Source: an uncultured Spirochaetota bacterium
GTDB taxonomy: Bacteria; Spirochaetota; Brevinematia; Brevinematales; JAOACQ01
Assembly: GCA_963835575.1 (NCBI GenBank)
Contig: CAWIGG010000002.1
Span: forward strand, 736,001 to 800,000
Length of the DNA: 64,000 nucleotides
Direction: 5' to 3'
How positions within the stretch are numbered: the first letter of the stretch is position 1; each line of letters opens with the position of its first letter. Positions 38,662 to 48,330 of the stretch are shown piece after piece. Position numbers and translations under genes: made by a program. Below the pieces are notes generated by a model that saw only the letters and a program-made list of their open reading frames with translations, was not told the origin of the DNA and did not search any database.

Positions 38662-39192
38662 TTATTCTTCTCTGTCAAATCCTGCGCAGAACCATCTTTC
38701 TAAAATAAAATTTGAGCCTTCTATTTTTAAATAGAGGGCATAAATTTTATTTATTTCCACGGGCATGACCTTCAGCTCTTGTATACCGCTGAAACGATAT
38801 TCTACACTATTTTGAATAAAATTGAAATTTTTATCTGAAGAAATAATAATGGAAGTATTGCTGATGGAAATATAATAATTATTTTTCCCCCATGTTTTAA
38901 GCACAAGATTTCCCCCTTCAGACGTTAAATGATAGCTTCTTTTAAATATGCCTTCGAGGGATTTTGTAAGCCTTGTGGCTGTAATAGAATTTCCGTCGGT
39001 CATAATAAGCTTTTTTGTCCAGTTAATGGATGTCACAAATAAAATGACAGTCAGGTTCATCACGATGGAAAAAATAAGCACGCCGACAATGACTTCGATA
39101 AGTGTGAAACCTTTCAAGGAAATGTTAAGGTTCCTGTATTTCGTGCAGAAACGCTTCAGAAAATGTCGTTTCAATCGATAGCTCCTTTTCAT
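38662..39192 (-). CDS. Minor pseudopilin (GspJ/PilW-like)
   Basis: KG|FTLIEVIV prepilin motif. Confidence 0.8.
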   Translation of the reverse strand: MKRSYRLKRHFLKRFCTKYRNLNISLKGFTLIEVIVGVLIFSIVMNLTVILFVTSINWTKKLIMTDGNSITATRLTKSLEGIFKRSYHLTSEGGNLVLKTWGKNNYYISISNTSIIISSDKNFNFIQNSVEYRFSGIQELKVMPVEINKIYALYLKIEGSNFILERWFCAGFDREE

Positions 39193-39610
39193 ATGACAAT
39201 CCAGTTTGCCCGCGAAGTTTTCCTTCTATGGCAATATCCACCAGTAAGGGTCTGATTCTCCTGATTTTTTTGTAAGTATATATTACGAGATCATTCTCAA
39301 TGTTTGTTCCCATATCGTTTAAATAGATTGGCGGATAAGCGCTATTTGAAATAACGCTTTTATCTTCCTCGGAAAAAAGAGAGTCAAAAAGATTTGTAGA
39401 AAGATAGATTTGGGTCAAATAGTTATAAGAATACTCGGTGAATTTGTGAATGACATTGTCCCGCACACTGACTTTAAGCTGGCTGCTGAGTATTATAAGG
39501 AAGAAAGTGATGGAAAATGCCAGGATTGATAAGCTTACAAGAACTTCTATGAGTATATATCCGTCCAGAAATCTTTTCTGCTTCAGAAAGAGTAATATTG
39601 ATCGTTTCAT
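39125..39610 (-). CDS. Minor pseudopilin (GspI/PilV-like)
   Basis: G|YILIEVLVSLSIL prepilin motif. Confidence 0.75.
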   Translation of the reverse strand: MKRSILLFLKQKRFLDGYILIEVLVSLSILAFSITFFLIILSSQLKVSVRDNVIHKFTEYSYNYLTQIYLSTNLFDSLFSEEDKSVISNSAYPPIYLNDMGTNIENDLVIYTYKKIRRIRPLLVDIAIEGKLRGQTGLSYEKELSIETTFSEAFLHEIQEP

Positions 39611-39715
39611 ACTTTTTTTCCTGCAGATATTGTTTTTCGAATCATTAAAAAATAATGAAGGAACCCTTATTAAGGGGGACAATATCCTAAATTATACCCT
39701 TATTTTAATTGAAAA

Positions 39716-40348
39716 TTAAAAAATATCAAAAATTTTCCCTAAAACATTTTTTCCATATTCCCGGAAAGGATAGTAAAAAAATAAAATTATATGAAAAAAC
39801 GGGATTAATGGGATAAGCGGTTGATCCTTACTCCACATTTTTGATAGTCTCAGAAACAAATAAAATACGATTGCTGAAATTGATGCAAGAAACAGCATTA
39901 TAAAAATTTCCTGAGGTTGAATAAGCAGGCAAACCACTGCAAAGACGATTATATCGCCGGTTCCCATTCCTTTACCCCGCGTCAGAAGGTAAGGCAGCAA
40001 TAGAGTAGTAAGACCTATAATTCCGGAAAGAAAAGCCGTTAAGAGTGAATGATTCTGAAAAAGAAGAATCAGTATGATGTTTGTGAATAATAAAATAACC
40101 GGAATAATTGAGACCTTTTGCTCTATAAAATCTTCAAGAGACAATTGCAGCAGTATGGAAAACAGTGCGGCGAATAAGAAATACTCATTCAAAGGAAGCC
40201 CGGTGTAAATGAAGCAGAAAAGAATAGCGTGAGATAGACAAACAAGCAAAACTATAAAAGGTTTTTTTCTATAAAAAAGCCAGAACAAAAAACCGCTTGA
40301 AAAAAAAATCGCTGCAGGAAGGACGAAATGGAAAAGAGTCTCAATCAT
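39716..40348 (-). CDS. Prepilin peptidase (A24)
   Basis: SLED catalytic Asp, GMGTGD motif, IPLIPF; lacks the N-terminal Zn-Cys methylase region. Confidence 0.85.
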   Translation of the reverse strand: MIETLFHFVLPAAIFFSSGFLFWLFYRKKPFIVLLVCLSHAILFCFIYTGLPLNEYFLFAALFSILLQLSLEDFIEQKVSIIPVILLFTNIILILLFQNHSLLTAFLSGIIGLTTLLLPYLLTRGKGMGTGDIIVFAVVCLLIQPQEIFIMLFLASISAIVFYLFLRLSKMWSKDQPLIPLIPFFHIILFFYYPFREYGKNVLGKIFDIF

Positions 40349-40419
40349 AATATTCTAAAATACCTTATTTTTGAATCATTTCTTTCGTTAAGATTTTAAA
40401 AACGGCTTTCCGGGGGTTT

Positions 40420-41985
40420 TTATTTTTTCCGCATCAGTTTAGACTGTGCGCTGTATTCCACCGCTTCCAAAGAATAGAGATCTTTGAAACCGTTATCATT
40501 GTAAATCACGTTATATTGCTTTATTATACTTTCTTTCCATTGATCATAATTCTGCCTGAACAGATCGCCTTTCAACCGCTCAGCGATTTGATGTTCTGCT
40601 TGATTATAGCTTAATTGGACTATTTTTCCACCTATGTTGGTAATAAATCTTGCCTTATATTTATTATAATAATCCTTTTTAGCCTCGGGAGTCAGCAGAG
40701 CTTCTGCTTTAGTAAGCAGTTCTTTTTCAAAAACCTGCACGGAAAGATTTTTGGTAATGCTGTCTTTTGATTTTTCAAGTTCCTTCAAAAAAGAAGGGTC
40801 TTTTTCAACGCCCTGTTTTTTAGCGGTTCCCAGCACAAAGGCAAAGTTTTTATAATTCTGCATCTGGAGAATGAAACTTTCAAAGGTTATATTTGAATTA
40901 AAATCCGGGACATAGAGTAAAATGAATCCCTGACAATCTTTCCATGTTTTAGGCTGGCCGAAAATATTCACTAAAACCAGATCGGGCGGCAATTGTGCCG
41001 GCTTATAGGTTTTTCCGTCAATTATAAGCGTTTTATTTGTATAATCCGGAGTATAAGCATCTTTTATATTTTCTTTTTTTATCCTGTCCAGGAATGAATT
41101 CCCGTAAAAAGATTCAAGCCTTTTGAAAAGATCCTTTCCTTCTGAATTTTTAATTTCATCAAGAGATTTCTTTTGATGTGGGGATTTTATATAGATAATG
41201 TAATATCCGCTGGTTGTTAAAACAGGCTTGTCCAGTAAGCCGCTTTTCCCGGCAGAAAAAGCCGCATCTTCGTATTCCTTTGCCATATAGCCTTGAGGAA
41301 TAAAACCATTATCTCCGCCGTTGCTGGCGGTTGTATGATCCTCCGATAGGACGGCCGCTGTTTTGGCAAATTCTTTTTCAATATCCTTCGATTTTTTCAG
41401 GCTGTCGATGATGTTGAGAGCGGCCATTTGCTTTGATTTGATTAAATTGTCATAATCCTTGTCTGAAAGGATTATTTGCTTTTCCTGGAAATTTGTAATC
41501 GCCTTTTTTGTCCGGTAAATATTTGTAAAGCCTGCAACCGGCTTGATGATGTTTGTGAATCTGCTTGCCAGAAGAAGTATATGAGCGGTATGGGCTGCAT
41601 CATACCTTTCATTTTTAGCCGAACTTTTTATCGATTCTTCTCCCTTCTGATAAAGAAGCAAAAGGTTGTTTTTATAATATTCCAAGTCGAAATCTGTTTT
41701 AAATCCTGGAATATTGGTAAAACCTGTTTTGGCTTTTTCAAGAAAAACCAGATTCCGGGTGAGATAACTGTCAAAAATAAAATCTCTATGCCAGCCAGTA
41801 TTGGATATGATGGAGGGATTATTGACAACATAAGGCAGGATATTATTTTTTATATCTCCTATTGTTACAGAATATGTTTTTACTCCGTCGTTATAAGTCG
41901 CAATGACTGATCCGTCTTTTGAACAGCATGCCAAAAAGAAGAATGCGGTGATAATTAACAGACTTGAATGCTTTAGACTTTTCAT
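40420..41985 (-). CDS. Parvulin-type peptidyl-prolyl isomerase lipoprotein (PrsA/SurA-like)
   Basis: Lipobox LAC; AHIL, SED..TASNGGD.G, M..E.EDAAF, PV.T..GY.II motifs. Confidence 0.85.
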   Translation of the reverse strand: MKSLKHSSLLIITAFFFLACCSKDGSVIATYNDGVKTYSVTIGDIKNNILPYVVNNPSIISNTGWHRDFIFDSYLTRNLVFLEKAKTGFTNIPGFKTDFDLEYYKNNLLLLYQKGEESIKSSAKNERYDAAHTAHILLLASRFTNIIKPVAGFTNIYRTKKAITNFQEKQIILSDKDYDNLIKSKQMAALNIIDSLKKSKDIEKEFAKTAAVLSEDHTTASNGGDNGFIPQGYMAKEYEDAAFSAGKSGLLDKPVLTTSGYYIIYIKSPHQKKSLDEIKNSEGKDLFKRLESFYGNSFLDRIKKENIKDAYTPDYTNKTLIIDGKTYKPAQLPPDLVLVNIFGQPKTWKDCQGFILLYVPDFNSNITFESFILQMQNYKNFAFVLGTAKKQGVEKDPSFLKELEKSKDSITKNLSVQVFEKELLTKAEALLTPEAKKDYYNKYKARFITNIGGKIVQLSYNQAEHQIAERLKGDLFRQNYDQWKESIIKQYNVIYNDNGFKDLYSLEAVEYSAQSKLMRKK

Positions 41986-42198
41986 AAAATCTTCCTCCAA
42001 CTACAGAGATAAATTACCTGGGATATTCTATACGACAGTCTAATATTTTGCAAAAAAGAGGGAAATAACTTAAAAAGGAAGTGATTATTCAGCCCTAAAA
42101 ATAATTCATTGCCGGCTTCTGTGTCCGGCGCCTGTTCTAAGCGACCATGAGTGCAGCCGGATGGAAGTCAAAGGCTGTTTCCATGACAATCTTAAATT

Positions 42199-43164
42199 CT
42201 ACTCAATAGTATTGAATTTTCCCAGCTTCCGGAAGCGTTCGTAGCGTTTCTGGACAAGCTTCGGAATGGAAATCTTCTTGATCTCTAGATAATGCCTGAG
42301 GACGGCTTCTTTGGTATTCCGGAATGTTTCTTCATAATTCCGGTGGGCTCCGCCCTTTGGTTCTTTGATGATTTCTTCAATTACGCCGAACCCGTAAAGG
42401 TCTTTAGCGGTAAATTTCAAAGCCTTCGCGGCCATTTCCATTTTTGAGGCGTCTCTGTAAAGAATGGAAGCGCAGCCTTCAGGCGATATGACGGAGTAGA
42501 ACGCGTTTTCCAGCATTAAAACCCTGTCTGATACCGCTATGGCCAGCGCGCCGCCGCTTCCGCCCTCTCCGATGACTGTTGTAATAATAGGTGTCTTAAG
42601 GGCGGACATTTCGAAAAGGTTCTTCGCGACAGCCTCTCCCTGTCCGCGCTCTTCGCTTTCGATGCCGGGGAAAGCGCCCTGTGTATCGACGAATGTCAGG
42701 ACAGGCAGATGGAATTTTTCGGCGATCTTCATTGCCCTTAAGGCTTTGCGATAGCCTTCAGGATTGGGCGATCCGAAATTGCGGTAAATTTTCTGCTTTG
42801 TATCTTTACCTTTTTCCTGGCCGATGACCATGAATTTTTCGCTGCCGATCCTGGCGAATCCCGCAACAATAGCCGGATCGTCGCGGAAAAGCCTGTCGCC
42901 ATGGATTTCCAGAAAGTCCTCGAAAATCCCGTTCAGATAATCAAGAAATAAAGGTCTTTTGGGATGGCGGGCTACCTGCACAACCTGCCACGCCGTCAGG
43001 TTTTTATAGATAGTATCCATAATATAATTCCTCTGTTTTTCCAATTCGGTTATTTCGATCGAAAAATCCAGCCCTTTTTCTATATTTGTGGTTTTTTTTA
43101 AATCATCAATGTTATTATCAATTTCCTGTATCGGTCCTTCAAATTCAAGATAATGATCAGCCAT
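42199..43164 (-). CDS. accA: Acetyl-CoA carboxylase carboxyltransferase alpha
   Basis: ARHP.RP, PEGYRKA, GEGGSGGA, SVISPEGC motifs. Confidence 0.97.
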   Translation of the reverse strand: MADHYLEFEGPIQEIDNNIDDLKKTTNIEKGLDFSIEITELEKQRNYIMDTIYKNLTAWQVVQVARHPKRPLFLDYLNGIFEDFLEIHGDRLFRDDPAIVAGFARIGSEKFMVIGQEKGKDTKQKIYRNFGSPNPEGYRKALRAMKIAEKFHLPVLTFVDTQGAFPGIESEERGQGEAVAKNLFEMSALKTPIITTVIGEGGSGGALAIAVSDRVLMLENAFYSVISPEGCASILYRDASKMEMAAKALKFTAKDLYGFGVIEEIIKEPKGGAHRNYEETFRNTKEAVLRHYLEIKKISIPKLVQKRYERFRKLGKFNTIE

Positions 43165-43240
43165 TTTCCTTCCTCTATTTTTTTATGTTATGCCTATAAA
43201 TGCGATTCCCACCGGCTTGCGCCGGTGGGAATATTATTTT

Positions 43241-45346
43241 CTAAGTATTTTTACGCTCTTCTTCCTCTTTCTTCATCTCTTCAGCCTGTTTTTTCGCTTT
43301 TTCATATTCGTTCTGGGGGAGGGGTTCATAATGGTCGATTTCCATTTCAAAGCGGCCCCTGCCGCTCGTCAGGCTGTTCAGCACGGGCGAATAGGAAAGC
43401 ATTTCGCTGTAAGGAGCGGTCGCGTTTATAACGGTCACATCCTCGGAAATTTTGTCCATGCCGATCACCTTGCCGCGCTTTGTGCCCAGGTCGCCCATGA
43501 CATTTCCGATGTCGTTTTCATCGATGTAAATCCTTACTTTCGCAATCGGCTCAAGTATGACGGGCTTGGCAGCTTCGATGGCAATTTTCGTCGCGTGCAG
43601 ACCGGCGATGCGGAAAGCCATATCCGACGAATCGACTTCATGGAAAGAGCCGTCGTAAACGGTCACTTTGAAATCGACAATGGGATAACCGGCTATCACG
43701 CCGTTGTCGCATGCTTCCATGGCGCCCTTTTCAATTGCCGGTATATAGTTTTTAGGGATTGAACCCCCGAAAATATCTTCCTCAAACAGAAACCCGGCGT
43801 TTCTGGGCTGGGGCTCTATTCGGATATAAACCTCGCCGTACTGGCCGTGGCCGCCGCTCTGCTTTTTGTGCTTGTATTGGGCTTCGGCCTTCGCTGAAAT
43901 TGTTTCTTTATAAGAAACGCGGGGCGTGCGCGTATCGAAAGCAAGCTTATGCTTATGCTTGATGTTGTCGAACAGGATCCTGGCCTGGATTTCACCCATG
44001 CAGGATACGACCATTTCCTTTGTGATATCGTTATAACCGTATTTAAAAGTGGAATCCTCCTGAGCGATGACATGGAAAACAGACGCCAGCTTGTCCTCCG
44101 ACTTCCTGTCCGTGGAATGAATAGCCACGAAATAGGATGGATTGGGCAGCCGGATGGGCTCATAAACGAGGGGTTTGGCAATATCCGCCACCGTATTGCC
44201 GGTATCCAGGGACTCAATTTTTGTAAGAACGGCTATATCGCCCGCTTCGAGGGTCTGGATTTCCTTGACGGTCTTTCCATTGATCATATAAAGGTGGGGG
44301 ATTTTTTCCTTATGGTTTTTATTGACATTAAGGATTTCATCGCCGGTGCTCAGTACTCCTGAACGGATCCTGCAGAAGGAAATCCTGCCGATAAACGGGT
44401 CTATCCTGGTTTTGAATATAAATCCGCTGAAAGGTTCCTTGGGATCGGGATGCCTCTTAACGGTCTGTTCAGCATGCAGCGGGTCCTGGGCTATGACCTC
44501 GCCGATGTAGAGAGGCGAAGGCAGGTAAGACAGGATTGTGTCAAGCAATACAGTTGTTCCGATATTATTGACGGCTGAACCGCAGAGAATGGGGATGACT
44601 TTATTGTTCAGAGTGCAGGATTTAACGCCGTTCTCGACTTCTTCGGCGGTCAGCTCCTGCCCGTTAAGGAATTTCTCGATCAGGGCGTCATCGGTTTCCG
44701 CTACGGCGTCAAACAGTTTTTCTCTATATTCTTTTACTTTATCCTTCATATCTGCGGGGATTTCCCCTTCTTTTATTCCGGTTTTATCGGGATAATAAGC
44801 CTTCATATGCACAAGGTCAACCGTGCCTTTAAAATCCTTGCCTTTACCTATGGGAAGCTCTATCGGAATGACAGGCTTTTTGAATTTTTTGCCCAAATTT
44901 TCGGCAACGGAATAAAAATCCGCGGCCTCATCGTCCATTTTATTAATGAAAACGACCCGGGCGATTTTATAATCGTCGGCGAAATGCCAGTCTTTTTCCG
45001 TATCGATCGTAATGCCTTCAGCGGCGCTGACGACAAAAACTATTCCTTCCGTCACGCGGAAGGCGCTTCTGACTTCGGCAACCAGGTCCGGTATGCCGGG
45101 GGTGTCGATAATATTGATTTTAATTTCTTTCCATTCTACAAAAGCGAGAGAACTGCGGAGGGACATTTTTTTCGCGATTTCTTCTTCATCAAAATCCATC
45201 ACGGTTGTGCCTTTGTCCACACTGCCCATCTGGGTGATCTGTCCGGCAGTATAGAGGAGGGCTTCGGCCAATGTGGTTTTACCCACGTTGGGGGCGCCGG
45301 AAATACTGATATTTCTGATAAATTTGGGATCATATATTTTCCCCAT
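43241..45346 (-). CDS. Elongation factor G paralogue (EF-G2-like)
   Basis: GAPNVGKT, DTPG(I), NKMD, KKQSGGHGQY, DGSFHEVDSS; divergent G1/G3 typical of non-canonical EF-G. Confidence 0.9.
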   Translation of the reverse strand: MGKIYDPKFIRNISISGAPNVGKTTLAEALLYTAGQITQMGSVDKGTTVMDFDEEEIAKKMSLRSSLAFVEWKEIKINIIDTPGIPDLVAEVRSAFRVTEGIVFVVSAAEGITIDTEKDWHFADDYKIARVVFINKMDDEAADFYSVAENLGKKFKKPVIPIELPIGKGKDFKGTVDLVHMKAYYPDKTGIKEGEIPADMKDKVKEYREKLFDAVAETDDALIEKFLNGQELTAEEVENGVKSCTLNNKVIPILCGSAVNNIGTTVLLDTILSYLPSPLYIGEVIAQDPLHAEQTVKRHPDPKEPFSGFIFKTRIDPFIGRISFCRIRSGVLSTGDEILNVNKNHKEKIPHLYMINGKTVKEIQTLEAGDIAVLTKIESLDTGNTVADIAKPLVYEPIRLPNPSYFVAIHSTDRKSEDKLASVFHVIAQEDSTFKYGYNDITKEMVVSCMGEIQARILFDNIKHKHKLAFDTRTPRVSYKETISAKAEAQYKHKKQSGGHGQYGEVYIRIEPQPRNAGFLFEEDIFGGSIPKNYIPAIEKGAMEACDNGVIAGYPIVDFKVTVYDGSFHEVDSSDMAFRIAGLHATKIAIEAAKPVILEPIAKVRIYIDENDIGNVMGDLGTKRGKVIGMDKISEDVTVINATAPYSEMLSYSPVLNSLTSGRGRFEMEIDHYEPLPQNEYEKAKKQAEEMKKEEEERKNT

Positions 45347-45540
45347 AAACTCCTCCCGTATTTTTTTCAAATATCATAACATTTTTTTCGCTTTTATGAA
45401 AATTTTTTAAAAGGAAAAATAAAAAAATCCTATCCGGGTTTTAAGCTTATAGATAAAAAGTCCGGCACAGGCTGGAATTATGAGCCGCATAATATTGAGA
45501 ATAAAGTTAATGATCTATCATCCTGTTCGGTCCCGGCCGT

Positions 45541-46146
45541 CTATCTGGCTCCTTTTTTCTTACTGATGAGCTGGACAATATCTGTCAGCCGTTCAATATA
45601 TTCTTTTTTAATGTTCTCAAAATCATCCGGGTCGCTGTAATCAATTCTTTCTTTTATCGTAACAAAATTAATGATAAGGTTTATGCAGAGCATTTTATCG
45701 GTGATTGAAATATCGCCGAATTCGAAGGAATTGGCCTGCATGGTCGCTTCGATCTTATCCCAGATCGGATTGATGAAATTAATGATATCGATCTTTGTTT
45801 TGGGAGTTTCAAGAAGGGTTTCGACCAAAAGTATTTTAATGATATTGGTGTTTGTATCAATATAATTCACCGCGATCGCCAGCATATCCCGGATGATGCT
45901 GCGGTAATTATTGCTGGGTTTTACTTCAATCGAACTGAGCAGGGAATCGATTTTACTGATATGCTTCTGGAGCAGGCTGATAAAGAGGCCTTCCTTGCTG
46001 GAATAATAATAATAAATCATTGCCTTGTTGATTTCTGCTTTTTTAGCGATTTCATCGATCGAGACGCCGTCATAGCCTTTTTCCGCGAAAAGGATCTCGG
46101 CAGTGTTCATGATTTTTATTTTGATATCCTGTTTATCGATACTCAT
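45541..46146 (-). CDS. TetR/AcrR family regulator
   Basis: LFAEKGY...IDEIA..A...KAMIYYYY.SKE.L HTH. Confidence 0.92.
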   Translation of the reverse strand: MSIDKQDIKIKIMNTAEILFAEKGYDGVSIDEIAKKAEINKAMIYYYYSSKEGLFISLLQKHISKIDSLLSSIEVKPSNNYRSIIRDMLAIAVNYIDTNTNIIKILLVETLLETPKTKIDIINFINPIWDKIEATMQANSFEFGDISITDKMLCINLIINFVTIKERIDYSDPDDFENIKKEYIERLTDIVQLISKKKGAR

Positions 46147-46269
46147 TAACGGCTCCTTAAATTAATAAGACGCCCGGCCGGAATAATATCAATGTTAATA
46201 CTCACATAATAACGTTCAAAAGTCAAGAAAGAAGTCGGGGAATCTATAAACTGTTGACTGCCGGCTGTA

Positions 46270-46716
46270 TTATTCGGTTTCGAGAAGCTCAAAGCCGGTA
46301 TGTCCGTCGATTTTTCTGACCGCGGCCGTATTGATCAGCTCTATGATGATAACCTCGCCGATATGCCAGACGGACACACCCTGCCTGGTACATCCTGTAA
46401 CCGTTTCAGACTGCCTTCCGAAAGAGGCGTGAAGATGGAGTTTTGGAATGCCGGATTCATTCAAAAACAGAGTGCCGACGCCGGCCGCTTCGCTTGCTCC
46501 TTTAAGTTTTGTCACAGTCGGCTTCGGCTTTTCAGCTTTCCCGTCCTCCGGGCCCGTGACGATTTTGCTTCCTTCATCCGCTCCGCCCAGAAAAAGCACA
46601 GCTGCCGAACGGATTTTATGCGTTTTCGCGAAGTCCTCTATGACATCCGGGATCCTGTCATGGTGCTCCAGCCGCAGAATGAATGTACGGCCCAAACCGG
46701 CCTCTGTGTATTTCAT
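46270..46716 (-). CDS. PPC/DUF296 domain protein
   Basis: GR.F.LRL, G.GT, LHLHASFG, GC, E..I.EL motifs. Confidence 0.85.
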   Translation of the reverse strand: MKYTEAGLGRTFILRLEHHDRIPDVIEDFAKTHKIRSAAVLFLGGADEGSKIVTGPEDGKAEKPKPTVTKLKGASEAAGVGTLFLNESGIPKLHLHASFGRQSETVTGCTRQGVSVWHIGEVIIIELINTAAVRKIDGHTGFELLETE

Positions 46717-46825
46717 AAGACCCGCCTTTATTATTTCGAATATTTTAGCATATTATACTCTATGATACAAAATAAATGATTCAAGGTTCCCAAAAAAATG
46801 TTTGCTGATCTGTCTGAAATATTCT

Positions 46826-46940
46826 GCTACGGAATTACACAGAATCACACTGAATTTAAATATTTTTTGTATGAAAACGGTTCTACTTATTTAAAATGCA
46901 TTAAATGTTTATTTCCGTGAACTTCTGTGAAATTCTGGCT
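46826..46940. repeat. Periodic CACAGAA-type imperfect inverted repeat
   Basis: GCTACGGAATTACACAGAATCACACTGAATTT ... ATTTCCGTGAACTTCTGTGAAATTCTGGCT. Confidence 0.5.
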
Positions 46941-46950
46941 AAATAGCGAT

Positions 46951-46987
46951 AAAAAAAACCTGCCCCTTTTAAAAGAAGCAGGTTTTT
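46951..46987 (-). terminator. Terminator after the tRNA-Val pair
   Basis: AAAAACCTGC...GCAGGTTTTT stem with T tract. Confidence 0.7.
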
Positions 46988-46995
46988 GATCATTT

Positions 46996-47070
46996 TGGGC
47001 GGTACTGGGATCGAACCAGTGACCCCCTGCTTGTCGAGCAGATACTCTAAACCAACTGAGCTAACCGCCC
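46996..47070 (-). tRNA. tRNA-Val(GAC), C at position 33, CCA not encoded
   Basis: GGGCGGT/ACCGCCC acceptor; TCTGC-TCGACAA-GCAGG anticodon arm; GTTCGAT T-loop. Confidence 0.92.
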
Positions 47071-47128
47071 TGATCTTTATCCCGTACGGCCGGGCATATT
47101 TCACAAAAGCCGTATAAAATTCTTTACA

Positions 47129-47202
47129 TGGTCGATGCCGGGCTCGAACCAGCGACCTCATGCATGTGAGGCATGCGCTCTAACCAGCTGAGCTAATCGA
47201 CC
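47129..47202 (-). tRNA. tRNA-Val(CAC), CCA not encoded
   Basis: GGTCGAT/ATCGACC acceptor; CATGC-CTCACAT-GCATG anticodon arm. Confidence 0.95.
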
Positions 47203-47232
47203 AATTAATTGATGCTCAATTAAAAGCTCAAT

Positions 47233-47261
47233 ATTATATAATAGGCTTAAGATTTTATCAA
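47233..47261 (-). promoter_or_regulatory. sigma70-type promoter for the tRNA-Val pair
   Basis: TTGATA-N17-TATAAT on the minus strand. Confidence 0.6.
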
Positions 47262-47517
47262 AAAAAGTGAAAATTGAATGATTCTTTATCCTGAATAGAA
47301 CATCTTGATTAATCCTTTTTCTATTTCTATTTTCAAATATATTTGAAAATACAACAGCCTATTAATAAACTTTTGTTAGAAAGAACCGCTTAATTCAGGT
47401 TATTATTTTACCCGAAATCGTATTTTTTTTGCATTCTTCATGATTATATTGTAAAATTACCGGTTAATAGTTTGGCCGATCAAATAAAATAATATATAAA
47501 AATAGGGAGGTAGTTTG

Positions 47518-48141
47518 ATGAAAAAGAGAATTTTAGTTTTGTTAACCGCAGCGGTTTTTATGACGTTTGCAACAGGGGCTTTTGCGGCGAAGAAGGCAGA
47601 TACTACTGCATCAACTGAAACCGGTTCGATTAAAGTTTACGACTCCGGAATGATGGCGGCCCAGCTGGGCATTGGTTTTGGGGTTCCCGGTACGGTGGGT
47701 GATATGACATTTCCACCTTTAGTAGCCAGTTTTGAATATGATTACAGGTTCGCGCCGAAAGTGCCTCTGTCATTTGGTGTTACTATAGGTTATTCGGCTT
47801 ATGAGTATAAATATGATTTATCATCTTATGAATGGAAATATGATTACAGTTATCTTTTAATCGGGGCACGCTGTTCCTACCATTTTATTGATCTGTTCAA
47901 TCTACCGAATGCTGATATTTATGCCGGTGTTTTGCTTGGATTTACGGTAGTATCATTTAATGTAACAGTGCCTTCCGGTCTGCCTTCCAGTATTTCGTCA
48001 GCTTATACCGAATCGCCCAGTTTTTTCGACTTCGGGGTTTACGCGGGGATACGCTACTACTTTACACCGATGATCGGCGTCTATGCTGAAGTCGGTTATT
48101 CCTTCGGTTATATCAACGCCGGTGTAGTGTTTAAATTCTAA
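47518..48141 (+). CDS. Small outer-membrane beta-barrel protein
   Basis: Signal peptide, alternating aromatic strands, GIRYYF...GVYAEVGY...GVVFKF C-terminal Phe. Confidence 0.85.
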   Translation: MKKRILVLLTAAVFMTFATGAFAAKKADTTASTETGSIKVYDSGMMAAQLGIGFGVPGTVGDMTFPPLVASFEYDYRFAPKVPLSFGVTIGYSAYEYKYDLSSYEWKYDYSYLLIGARCSYHFIDLFNLPNADIYAGVLLGFTVVSFNVTVPSGLPSSISSAYTESPSFFDFGVYAGIRYYFTPMIGVYAEVGYSFGYINAGVVFKF

Positions 48142-48157
48142 TTATCAAAAAAAAAAT

Positions 48158-48192
48158 AAGAGGGTGCTTTAAAAGGCACCCTCTTTTTTTTT
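48158..48192 (+). terminator. Rho-independent terminator
   Basis: AAGAGGGTGC-TTTAAAAG-GCACCCTCTT followed by T tract. Confidence 0.85.
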
Positions 48193-48330
48193 AGCAGGAT
48201 GTCAAAAATCCTGCCGGATAGATTAAAATGAGCGTGGTTTTTGGAACCGCCCTTCAATTTTAGTTTCAATAATTTGAATTAATATTACAGATGATTTATA
48301 GTATTAGAAATAAATAATGAGGCCGGCGGA

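Noticed and set aside
42080..42195. Structured ncRNA or riboswitch in GC-rich intergenic DNA (also 24110-24240, 31545-31590, 37740-37950)
   Set aside because: No family consensus recognisable by eye; an Rfam/Infernal scan would be needed.
43241..45346. EF-G lacking the DTPGH His as a novelty
   Set aside because: Divergent EF-G paralogues with this change are well known.
47129..47202. tRNA genes lacking encoded CCA as unusual
   Set aside because: Common in bacteria that use a CCA-adding enzyme.
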